Shown: piece by piece, positions 52,912 through 62,306 of the stretch | Position numbering within the stretch: position 1 is the first letter of the stretch | Layout: the number at the start of each line of letters is the position of its first letter | Source of the DNA: an uncultured Acidimicrobiia bacterium | GTDB taxonomy: Bacteria; Acidobacteriota; Terriglobia; Versatilivoradales; Versatilivoraceae | Direction: 5' to 3' | Assembly: GCA_963786955.1 (NCBI GenBank) | Contig: CAWBAT010000008.1 | Location: forward strand, 352,001 to 416,000 | DNA: 64,000 bases | Notes under the pieces: model-generated | Seen by the model: only the letters and a program-made list of their open reading frames with translations | Database searches by the model: none | Told to the model about the DNA's origin: nothing | Program-made: the position numbers and the translations under genes

Positions 52912-54444
52912 ATGCTATTTAAGGCACTCAGTGCAGCGGTTTTTGGTATCGATGCCTACGTGGTTGAGGTGGAGGTCGACGTCTCGGCCGGAAATGGGAT
53001 TTTTCTAACAGTCGGATTGCCGGATACTGCCGTAAAGGAGAGCAAAGAACGCATCAAATCGGCGATCAAGAACTGCGGATTGGATTACCCTTTTCAGAAT
53101 ATCACCGTCAATCTGGCTCCTGCAGACATTCGCAAAGAAGGATCCGCTTTCGATCTTCCCATGGCCATCGGCATTCTGGGGACAAACGGAATTTTTCTGC
53201 GCAAGGACCTCGGCGACTATATCTTTTTGGGGGAGCTTTCTCTCGATGGCGGCTTACGACCGATCAAAGGGGCGCTTTCCATTGCGGTGGCAACTAGTCA
53301 AAAAGGAATTCGGAATCTAGTCTTGCCTCTCGAGAATGCTCGTGAGGCAGCCGTCGTCAGCGGCATCACAGTCTATGGAATGAAGAATCTGGTTCAGGTG
53401 ATTGATTTAATCAATCAGACCTCAGACTTCGAGCCCGTTCGGGTGGATCCTGAAGCTTTGCTCAATGAAACGCTGGGATATGCGGTGGACTTTAAGGATG
53501 CCAAAGGTCAAGTTTCGGCAAAACGAGCATTGGAGGTGGCCACGGCCGGAGGACACAATATTCTCCTCATCGGGCCTCCCGGGTCCGGAAAAACCATGCT
53601 GGCCAAACGCATCCCGACCATCCTTCCGCCATTGACATTCGAAGAGGCCATTGAGACCACCAAGATCCATTCAGTGAGCGGAGTCCTGGCGGCCAATTCA
53701 GGCTTAGTTCACGGCCGCCCCTTTCGATCGCCTCATCACACCATTTCGGATGCCGGATTGATTGGCGGCGGCGCCATCCCAAAACCGGGTGAAGTCAGTT
53801 TGGCTCATCACGGTGTTTTGTTCTTGGATGAGCTTCCAGAATTTGCCCGAAACGTTTTGGAAGTAATGCGGCAGCCTTTGGAAGACGGTCAGGTAACGAT
53901 CGCGCGGGCCACGACGTCATTGACCTTTCCGGCGCGATTCATGCTTGCCGCTGCGATGAATCCCTGTCCCTGCGGCTATTTCAATGACTCCACGCGGGAG
54001 TGCAGCTGCAGTCCCGCCCAGATTCAACGCTATGTTTCCAAAATTTCCGGGCCGCTGCTCGACCGCATTGATATTCATATCGATGTCCCCGCGGTGAAGT
54101 ATGCGGACTTGGCCGGCAAGACGCCAGCAGAGGGCTCAACGGAGATCCGGCAACGCGTTCTGGAAGCCAGGAAGCTGCAGCAAGAACGTTTTCGCGGGCA
54201 GAACATTTATTGCAACGCCCAGATGTCACCGCGGCAAATCCGCCGCCATTGTGAGATTGGGGAGGACTCCCGGCGGCACCTGGAACATGCGATGACCAAA
54301 ATGGGCTTGAGTGCCCGAGCCTACGATCGCATTCTAAAAGTTTCCCGAACGCTGGCTGATCTCGATCATTCCCCCAATATCGAGGCCCGCCATATTTCTG
54401 AGGCTATCCAATACCGCTCGCTCGACAGGAATTACTGGGCGTGA
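52912..54444 (+). CDS. comM: ComM/YifB Mg-chelatase-like AAA+ helicase
   Basis: [64 protein letters not shown]. Confidence 0.93.
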   Translation: MLFKALSAAVFGIDAYVVEVEVDVSAGNGIFLTVGLPDTAVKESKERIKSAIKNCGLDYPFQNITVNLAPADIRKEGSAFDLPMAIGILGTNGIFLRKDLGDYIFLGELSLDGGLRPIKGALSIAVATSQKGIRNLVLPLENAREAAVVSGITVYGMKNLVQVIDLINQTSDFEPVRVDPEALLNETLGYAVDFKDAKGQVSAKRALEVATAGGHNILLIGPPGSGKTMLAKRIPTILPPLTFEEAIETTKIHSVSGVLAANSGLVHGRPFRSPHHTISDAGLIGGGAIPKPGEVSLAHHGVLFLDELPEFARNVLEVMRQPLEDGQVTIARATTSLTFPARFMLAAAMNPCPCGYFNDSTRECSCSPAQIQRYVSKISGPLLDRIDIHIDVPAVKYADLAGKTPAEGSTEIRQRVLEARKLQQERFRGQNIYCNAQMSPRQIRRHCEIGEDSRRHLEHAMTKMGLSARAYDRILKVSRTLADLDHSPNIEARHISEAIQYRSLDRNYWA

Positions 54445-54454
54445 ATAACAAAAA

Positions 54455-54740
54455 AGGTCGAAAGTCTAAGGTCAAAGGTCGGTCCGAAAACTGAGCTGAG
54501 TCGTGGGTCTTGGGTGATCGAGACACTAGGGAAAGGGTCAAGGTAAAAGGATAAAGGAGCAGGAAACAAGGAACAAGGAACAAGTTTGGAGGGGCGCGCT
54601 CCGCGAGCCCTGGGGGTAGCGACAGGCGTCCTGCCTCCGGTTTGGTAGGGCGGTCTCGCTGAGACCGCCGCGGACGGCCCGGCGGTCCGTCCCTACCAAC
54701 TCAGGCGCTGCCACAGGCGACAATCGCAAATCATCAATCG
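54455..54740. repeat. Heptamer repeats plus REP doublet (modules C+B) between convergent comM and htrA
   Basis: aaggtcg/aaagtct/aaggtca units and (aacaagg)n, then ggtagggcggtctcgctgagaccgccgcggacggcccggcggtccgtccctacc (54644-54697). Confidence 0.8.
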
Positions 54741-54809
54741 GCAGGGTGGCGAAGACATGCGCTATTGGCATGTCTTCGGATAGTTGAAATCGATAGCCAA
54801 ACCCGAATT

Positions 54810-55844
54810 TCAGCTTTCTCTCGGAATGATAAAGAGGTCAATCTTGTCAGTACCACGGATTGCCGTGATCGATGATCTCTTTCCTACTCGTTCTTCGGTC
54901 AATAGCTTGTGAAGATCGTCGATCCCGCCAATGCTCTGATTATCCAGTCCAACAATCAGATCTCCCTCTTGTAATCCAGCCCGATTGGCCGGGCCATCCG
55001 GTTCCAAGGAGATGACGAGGACAGCGGAATCTGACGCCAGGTTGTAGAAACGGACCAGACGGCGGGGAATCGGTACATTCTGCCCAGCCAATCCAATAAA
55101 GCTGCGGCTGACTCGACCGTCTCGAATCAAATGGCTCGCCACATGTTTGGCCGTGTCGATTGAAGTGGCAAAACAGATACCTTGCGCCGGCAGAATAACT
55201 GCCGTATTCACTCCGATAACCTCTCCTCGTGAAGTGACCAGCGGTCCTCCAGAGTTGCCTGGATTCAAAGCGGCGTCCGTCTGAATAATGTTGTCCAGCA
55301 GCCTTCCGGACTGGGTTCTCAAAGAGCGGCCGAGCGCACTGACCACACCTGCGGTCACGGTGCATTGGAAGCCATAAGGGTTGCCAATGGCTACGACCAG
55401 TTGGCCAACTCGTATCGACTTCGATTCTCCCAGCGACACTGGAACGAGGCTTGGGGCAGTAATTCGGAGAACGGCCAGGTCCGTATCTGGATCATCTCCA
55501 ATCAATTCTGCTTGGTGGCGGTTTCCTTCGGGCAAAGTCACATCGATCCGGGATGCCTCATGAACCACGTGACTATTGGTCATAATGAATCCGTCAGGGG
55601 TGAAGATAAAGCCGGAGCCACTCCCTCGGCCTTCTCCGGGGAGTGGCGAGCCTCTCTTTTTTCCTTTGAGATTTTGTCGAACCTCGATGCTCACCACCGA
55701 GGGGCTCACTTTCTCGGCCACGCTGATGACGGCTTGAGAATAGGCATCGAGAAGGTGATCGTCTGCTTCTGAACGTTCGTACGACCGATCAAATTTCTGT
55801 TTTGTAATCGTTTCGCCTGCGATGAGATCCAGATCGAGTGGCAT
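54810..55844 (-). CDS. HtrA/DegP-family trypsin-like serine protease with one PDZ domain, no obvious signal peptide
   Basis: GSGSGF, TNSHVV, DLAVL, IQTDAALNPGNSGGPL, C-terminal PDZ. Confidence 0.93.
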   Translation of the reverse strand: MPLDLDLIAGETITKQKFDRSYERSEADDHLLDAYSQAVISVAEKVSPSVVSIEVRQNLKGKKRGSPLPGEGRGSGSGFIFTPDGFIMTNSHVVHEASRIDVTLPEGNRHQAELIGDDPDTDLAVLRITAPSLVPVSLGESKSIRVGQLVVAIGNPYGFQCTVTAGVVSALGRSLRTQSGRLLDNIIQTDAALNPGNSGGPLVTSRGEVIGVNTAVILPAQGICFATSIDTAKHVASHLIRDGRVSRSFIGLAGQNVPIPRRLVRFYNLASDSAVLVISLEPDGPANRAGLQEGDLIVGLDNQSIGGIDDLHKLLTEERVGKRSSITAIRGTDKIDLFIIPRES

Positions 55845-55978
55845 GATTAGGCTTCTCCTTCAATAGCCTGAAGGGTTCCAGTGGAATATTGACCAGCAGT
55901 TCTTATTCGCGCGCAAACTGCACCGAGCGAAGGCAAGTTATGATTCGCTATCGCCTGCTCCGTGACATATGTTTGTAT

Positions 55979-56019
55979 GTAGTACCGGCTTCAGCCGGGC
56001 CGCCTAAAGGCGGTACTAC
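55979..56019. repeat. GTAG-type REP doublet
   Basis: gtagtaccggcttcagccgg-gccgcctaaaggcggtactac; terminal inverted repeat gtagtaccg/cggtactac. Confidence 0.7.
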
Positions 56020-56251
56020 CAACAGTCGGATCGCTGGCCCGGTGACTCTCACTCATAATATGCTGAACTCGAACTGTCAAATGCCTAACCTGGGAATGGA
56101 TCTGAACAGCTGTAGCCGGTGTGATTAGCCTGGGTCCAATGATTATTCAATTCGCAGACATCATACAGCGATGTCTGCGATTCTACTTACTGAGCGTGCG
56201 CGGGAGCACCCGCTCCACCTTGTGATACTGGAGCAACTAAGAAATTCGGGA

Positions 56252-56769
56252 TTACTTCAATCCTTCCACCATATGGAGTTCGCCCAGCATTTGGGAGATC
56301 GAGTAGGCGTAGGCCTTGCCGTCGGGAGCCATCTTGATATTGAACGCCACATTAACGCCCGCGCGGTCGGCAGGGCTGATCTGTTGGATCAACTCGCGGC
56401 GGCCAGCCCGTCCGCGATCTGCCGGGCGTAATCAATCGACTTCGGCACGCCCAGTTTTCCGCGCTTCAGCCGTTCTCGCAAGGACTCGCCTTCAAGCAAC
56501 TCGGTGACGAGGTAGGGCAAACCCTCATGGGTGCCGAGGTCGTAGATGGCGAGAATATGGGGGTGATTGAGAGCTCCGGTAGATTGGGCTTCCAGGGTGA
56601 AGCGACGCAGCCGTTCCTGGTCCGGGGCAAACGAGGAAGGAAGCACTTTGATGGCGACGTCGCGGTTCAGTCGCGTGTCCCGGGCTCGATACACGACGCC
56701 CATACCCCCCGCGCCGACTTGAGCGATCAGTTCATAGGGTCCCAGACGAGTCCCCGCTGGCAAGTTCAT
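56252..56769 (-). pseudogene. Tandem paralog of the adjacent Ser/Thr kinase with a large internal deletion
   Basis: Kinase N-terminus (~125 aa) joined out of frame at ~56395 to RELIQQISPADRAGV...APDGKAYAYSISQMLGELHMVEGLK*, homologous to the last ~48 aa of the intact kinase. Confidence 0.85.
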
Positions 56770-59342
56770 TTCAGCCCCTCAACCAAATGCAACTGAGAAA
56801 GCGTCTGCCGATAAGAATAGGCGTAGGAAAGTCCGTCTGGAGTGATGACCGGAGCACTGATATCAGGCACTCCAGCGGCATCCGGTGGAGCGACTTCTTT
56901 CCACAACTCCCTTTGGCCAGTCTTCCAGTTCACACGGTGTACTTTCGCCGGCAATGATCCTCTGCTCATCACATAGAGAAAAGTCCCGTCAGTATTCCAG
57001 GCGTAAGGCCGTTCTCCAATTTCAATCCCTTTGCAAATCACGAGGTCCCCGCCAGCTACCGGACATAGCATGACTTCCCCGGAAGCGTTAACCGCCACTG
57101 CGTATTTACCATCCGGACTGACCACGGGAATAGATGCAACAACGCCCTCCGGAGTGATAGCCCGCGGGGCACCGCCGCTGAGGTCTAGTGCATAGAGGCG
57201 CAAGCCATGCCCCGCCTCGTTGGCGAGAAACACTACTCCTTGAGTGTTCGGCAACCATTCCACGAAAACCACGGTATAACCCTGCAGGCGAAGTCGCCGC
57301 GGCTCTCCAGGGCCTACGGGAAGGATCGCCAGTTCGTCCCTTGATTCATCAATGGCCACCACCGATTTTCCATCCGGCGAAAGTCTGGGCCGGCTTACAT
57401 TTCCCAATTTCACGGCGGGAGAACCGTCAGTTTTTCGGTAATAGCCTACGGTGTGTTCGCCTGCACCCTCACCACTCTCAAAAAAAACAACCGCGCTGCC
57501 ATCCTTGGAAATGCCAGAGGCCAATGACCAGTCCATCCAGGAGAGGTCCCGCTGCCCTTTCTCGCCAGCTGCAACGAAACGCATTTTCATCTGCTGGCTG
57601 AGAGAGTTGAGTAGCACCCGACCGCTGTGGGATATATCTTCCAGCGTGAGGTTGCCGGTCTGAGGGAAAATCGTCCTCTGAGTTCCTGACATCGTCACCG
57701 CCAATAGTTCCCTCTTACTTCCCCCGGGCGCGGCGGTAAACCAAATTTCGTTGGTGGCCCTCATCCAGGCTAGACCCCAGGCTGAGCCCCATTTCCGTGT
57801 GAGAGTCTTGATTTGCCCATTCAGATCCACCGTAGCCACTTCACCGGAGTCGTCGTTAGCCCGAGCATGGTGAATAAATCCGATGCGGTCCCCGGTCGGG
57901 GAAAAACGCGGGTTCGAGATGAAACCGGCTGTTTGGTAGAGTACTTTACCAATCGGGAATTCCAATTGGTTGCCCTTTTCTCCGTCACGCACAATCGCAA
58001 GATTCCCGTCTGGGGACCAATCGGCCCATTGCACTTTCTCGAGGACTTCACGCGGAGCGCCGCCCGAAAACGGGACTCGGGCCAAGGTGCCAGTGGTTTG
58101 AAACGCAACGGTGCGCGGATTGAGTAGGACGGCCATCTCTCCCGACAGTGATACCGACAACAAACTGGCATTGGGGACTACCGGGGGATGATATTCGGGA
58201 CTATCAAACCGGATGGAAAAGATCTCGGTTGGATCGCCTTCCCATGAAGCGGAGTATACAAGGGTGTTGCCGTCAGGGGCAAAGCGGGCCGACGATACCT
58301 CGCCATGACGAAAGGTGAGGCGCTGAAAGATCGGCGGCGGCCGCGTTTCGCTGCGCGCTCCGATGAAATAAGAGATCACGCCTGTGGCTGCCCACAAGAA
58401 TATTCCGAGAGCAAGCGCCCATCCACTTAAAAAATTCTGCCGGCTCCCTTTAGCTTGGACCCCCGACTTTAACCCACTTCCCGAGAAAGTTTGCGAGATC
58501 TGCGAGAGTGAATCAAGCGCAAATGTTAAGTCTCGGGCGGATTGAAACCGTTCCTCCGGATTCTTCTCCAGGCAATGGCGTACCATCCGGTCCAGTGCCG
58601 GAGGCAGCGCACTCTCGAAGCTGGCCAGCTCCGGAGGTTCCTCATTCAAGATCGCACTCATCGTGTCAGCCGGCGTCGGTCCTCCAAATGCCCGCTGCCC
58701 GCTCAGCATCTCGTACAACACACAGCCGAAACTGAATATGTCGGAACGATGATCCACGGCCAAGCCCCGTACCTGTTCCGGGGACATATAGGCCACGGTG
58801 CCCAGCACCGCACCGGGCGAGGTTTCCAGCGAGAGCGTTCCATCCTTGGCGGCCGGCAACACCGAAGTGACCTTAGCCAACCCGAAGTCCAGAATCTTTA
58901 ACCGCCCTTCTTTGGTGATGAAAAGGTTTTCCGGTTTAATGTCTCGATGCGTGATGCCCTTGGCGTGTGCGGCGCTCAGGCCGTCGGCGATCTGCCGGGC
59001 GTAATCAATCGACTTCGGCACGCCCAGTTTTCCGCGCTTCAGCCGTTCGCGCAAGGACTCACCTTCGAGCAGTTCCGTAACAAGGTAAGGCAGACCTTCA
59101 TGGGTGCCGAGGTCGTAGATGGCTAGAATGTGGGGGTGATTAAGAGCGCCGGTAGATTGGGCTTCCAAGGTGAAGCGACGCAACCGTTCCTGGTCCGGGG
59201 CAAACGAGGAAGGAAGCACTTTGATGGCGACGTCTCGGTTCAGACGCGTATCTCGGGCTCGATACACTTCGCCCATGCCTCCCGCACCTAGGGGCGAGAG
59301 GATCTCATAAGGTCCAAGCTGAGTTCGCGGGGGGATAGCCAT
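56766..59342 (-). CDS. Hanks-type Ser/Thr protein kinase with TM helix and TolB/PD40-like beta-propeller
   Basis: LGAGGMG, VAIK, HRDIKPEN, DFG, YMSPEQ, TM segment, repeated [FW]SPDG motifs. Confidence 0.95.
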   Translation of the reverse strand: MAIPPRTQLGPYEILSPLGAGGMGEVYRARDTRLNRDVAIKVLPSSFAPDQERLRRFTLEAQSTGALNHPHILAIYDLGTHEGLPYLVTELLEGESLRERLKRGKLGVPKSIDYARQIADGLSAAHAKGITHRDIKPENLFITKEGRLKILDFGLAKVTSVLPAAKDGTLSLETSPGAVLGTVAYMSPEQVRGLAVDHRSDIFSFGCVLYEMLSGQRAFGGPTPADTMSAILNEEPPELASFESALPPALDRMVRHCLEKNPEERFQSARDLTFALDSLSQISQTFSGSGLKSGVQAKGSRQNFLSGWALALGIFLWAATGVISYFIGARSETRPPPIFQRLTFRHGEVSSARFAPDGNTLVYSASWEGDPTEIFSIRFDSPEYHPPVVPNASLLSVSLSGEMAVLLNPRTVAFQTTGTLARVPFSGGAPREVLEKVQWADWSPDGNLAIVRDGEKGNQLEFPIGKVLYQTAGFISNPRFSPTGDRIGFIHHARANDDSGEVATVDLNGQIKTLTRKWGSAWGLAWMRATNEIWFTAAPGGSKRELLAVTMSGTQRTIFPQTGNLTLEDISHSGRVLLNSLSQQMKMRFVAAGEKGQRDLSWMDWSLASGISKDGSAVVFFESGEGAGEHTVGYYRKTDGSPAVKLGNVSRPRLSPDGKSVVAIDESRDELAILPVGPGEPRRLRLQGYTVVFVEWLPNTQGVVFLANEAGHGLRLYALDLSGGAPRAITPEGVVASIPVVSPDGKYAVAVNASGEVMLCPVAGGDLVICKGIEIGERPYAWNTDGTFLYVMSRGSLPAKVHRVNWKTGQRELWKEVAPPDAAGVPDISAPVITPDGLSYAYSYRQTLSQLHLVEGLK

Positions 59343-59721
59343 TGTAAAGTATAGTTTCGAGGAATTCGGATGGCCCTACGATTATACAAAGTCATCAAAA
59401 TTATTGCCAAAGAGTCGTCTTCTGATGCAGACGTAAGTGAACGGAAGCAAGAGGATAAATTGATTCTTGTGAGTAATCAAGTATTTCGAGTAAAGCGAAA
59501 ATTAACGCCCAACAGGCGGCAACCCTTTGGCCTGACTCCCATGCAATTCAAAACTGGCCTTCAAACCAGCTTGTCTTCAAGGAGAATCCCCGCCACTAAG
59601 AATCTAATTTTACTTTTTCTTGTAACTTCTCAAAATTAGCTTTCTTTCTATCCTTTCCTAATGTCAAATATGATTTTTCCCGATTCCTAAGTGAAAGTTA
59701 TCCCAACTCAAGGGGAGCCCA

Positions 59722-60057
59722 TTGCGCCAAGAGAGACGAATTAATTCCAGAGCCCTGGATTCCTCTCAGATCCTGGTAGCTGGAAACGATATGTTCGGCG
59801 TCGCTTTCAAAGAGCGGACGTGTCTGATCGATCGAAGTGAGGGAGGCCTGTCATTAAGGCTTCTCCGACCTGTGGCAATTGGCGGAATGCTGGAGATTAG
59901 TTTCAGCCCGAATAGTCCAGAATCGAGTTTCTGGATTGATGTTAGAGTGTCTTGGGTCAATCACAGGTTGGATGGCTATCAATCGGTCGGAGTAAAAGCC
60001 AGGAGCCTCTCGCTGCTTAATGACTGGCTGAAATGGAAGGCCACGAAGCAGCCCTGA
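59722..60057 (+). CDS. Stand-alone PilZ domain protein
   Basis: c-di-GMP motifs RQERR (RxxxR) and DRSEGG ([DN]xSxxG), V.WV..GV; TTG start behind aggggag. Confidence 0.75.
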   Translation: MRQERRINSRALDSSQILVAGNDMFGVAFKERTCLIDRSEGGLSLRLLRPVAIGGMLEISFSPNSPESSFWIDVRVSWVNHRLDGYQSVGVKARSLSLLNDWLKWKATKQP

Positions 60058-60291
60058 GGCGAAATGAGTTAACCTATTCAAGAGTAAATCCCTCTTCGCC
60101 GCGTTGAGAGCATCAAAGAGGCACCGCCCCATATCCCTCTCGAATTCAAGCGCCCCGCCCTTCCTGGAATTCTTCATTGCGAGTCGTCCTTATTTCCTGC
60201 AAGCCATTGGTGTTTTTCTCTGTGTCTCTTTCCTGCTGTGATTTACACTATAATGAAGCTGTTAAGACGCCAGCTCCAAGGACCTGAAACA

Positions 60292-61342
60292 ATGCCTCGA
60301 GACATTAAAATTGACCTCTTCAGCGACACTCTCACCAAGCCGACGTTGGGGATGCGACAGTTTATGTGCAATGCCGAAGTCGGAGATGAACAGAAAGGGG
60401 AAGACCCGACAGTCAATGATCTACAGGAAATGGTGGCCGATCTCTTGGGGAAAGAAGCGGCACTCTTCCTTCCATCCGGCACGATGTGCAACCTGATCTC
60501 CATCCGATTGCATTGCCGTCCCGGTGACGAAATTCTGCTCGACCGCACAGCTCATCCCTTGAACTCGGAAGGTGCCGGGGCGGCAGTACTTTCCGGGTCT
60601 CTCATTCAGGGGCTCTCCGGGGAGAGAGGAGTCTTTTTCGCCAGCGCAGCTGAAAGCGGCAATCCGTCCATTCAGCCGCTATCAACCGAAGACTCGCCTG
60701 GTCTCGGTGGAGCAGACGTCCAACATGGGGGGAGGGACCATTTGGCCGCTGGAGATAATTCGGGAGGTTTGCGTGGTGGGGCGAGAGCATCACTTACGCA
60801 CCCACATGGATGGAGCGCGATTGATGAATGCCGTTGTCGCGACAAAGATTCCGGCGAAAGAATATGCCAGCACTTTTGATTCGGTCTGGATTGATTTGAG
60901 CAAAGGATTGGGTGCCCCTGTCGGAGCCGTCCTGGCTGGCAGCAAAGAATTCATTACCGATGCCTGGCAATGGAAGCAACGACTTGGTGGAGCCATGCGA
61001 CAGGCCGGAATTATCGCGGCGGCTGGCATCTATGCTTTGCGGCATCATGTTGAAAGACTTGCGGAAGATCACGCCAATGCCAAGATGCTGGCGAATGGGC
61101 TAGCAGAGATTCCCAATCTAAAGTTAAATCCCCCTGAGGTTGAAACCAATATTGTCATCCTCGACGTCTCGAAAACAGGGCGTTCGTCACAGGAAGTCTC
61201 TGACCGCTTCCTGGAACACGGGCTGCGAATGAGTATCACTTCTCCCACCTGCCTGCGTGCCGTCACCCACCTGGATATCAGCCGCCAGCAGATTGAGGAG
61301 GCATTGCAAGTTGTCCGCAATGTTTTGCAGAGTCTCCGCTAA
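60292..61342 (+). CDS. ltaE: Low-specificity L-threonine aldolase (one apparent frameshift ~60640)
   Basis: DLFSDT.TKPT, VGD..EDPTV, PSGTM.N, HMDGAR..NA, LSKGLGAPVG, GGAMRQAG, RAVTHLD. Confidence 0.92.
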
Positions 61343-61354
61343 ACCCGCATTCCG

Positions 61355-61386
61355 AAATTGGGTGGGCGCAAAACCCACCCGATTTT
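61355..61386 (+). terminator. Probable intrinsic terminator after ltaE
   Basis: aaattgggtggg-cgcaaaa-cccacccgatttt hairpin 12 nt after the stop. Confidence 0.55.
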
Positions 61387-61468
61387 AAAATCGACATTCA
61401 GCAATCGTCATTTTTCCCCTTTCTCAGCGGTTTCCTTTCGTCCTTTTTTCCGATATCCTTACGGCCTT

Positions 61469-62267
61469 ATGGTGACTCGGCAACTCATATTGATTGGGTG
61501 TCTCTTTTTCCTCGGTGCGCAGGGATTCCTCAGTCAAGGAAAAGACTCCGATCCGGAAGCCCGGAACCCGCTCGGCTTAGATAAAGCCGCCGTGGTTGCC
61601 GGGGGCGAGTCGTTTCAGTCAGGATGCGGATCTTGCCACGGTTCAAAAGGGCAAGGCGGGCGCGGCCCCAAATTGGCAGACAACTCTCGAGTACGGGAAA
61701 AGAGTGACAAGAAAATCTTCGATATCATTAAGTTTGGTGTGCCCGGAAGCGTAATGCCGCCTTCATCGCTTGATGAAACTCAAGTCTGGCAATTAGTTTC
61801 ATTTGTTCGCAGCTTGAATGCGAATGCTGCGGAACAAAATGTTCCGGGGGACGTGCTGGCTGGCGAAAGTTTGTTTTATGGCGTAAAGAAATGTTCTCAA
61901 TGCCATATGATCCGCGGGCGGGGAGGTCTGATCGGTCCGGATCTCTCCACGATTGGCGGGAAATCGGCCTGTTGAAAAGATGACCGAATCGATCAAAGAT
62001 CCTAATTTGGTCATCGAACCGGGGTTCTCGGCAGTTACAGTGGTGACACGCGATGGCCGGCGGATATCCGGAGTCGCAAAAAATAACAGCAATTTCAGTA
62101 TCCAGATCCTCGACGGCACGGGAACATACCATCTCCTTTTGAAAAAAGACCTCGCGGAGGTCATTCATCATCAGGACTCTTTGATGCCGCGGATTGATTT
62201 GACTGATTCGGAATTGCAGAATCTGTTGGCGTTTCTTAGTCGGCCAATCCCTCGGCATGCCGGTTGA
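61469..62267 (+). CDS. Periplasmic di-heme cytochrome c (frameshift ~61960)
   Basis: Signal peptide, CGSCH..G.GP.L..G.PG..MP, CSQCH..GPDLS.IG, then ESI.DP..I..GF..S.MP. Confidence 0.85.
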
Positions 62268-62306
62268 TAAGATTAAAACGTTCGAACACGGCAAAGAAAA
62301 GGAACC

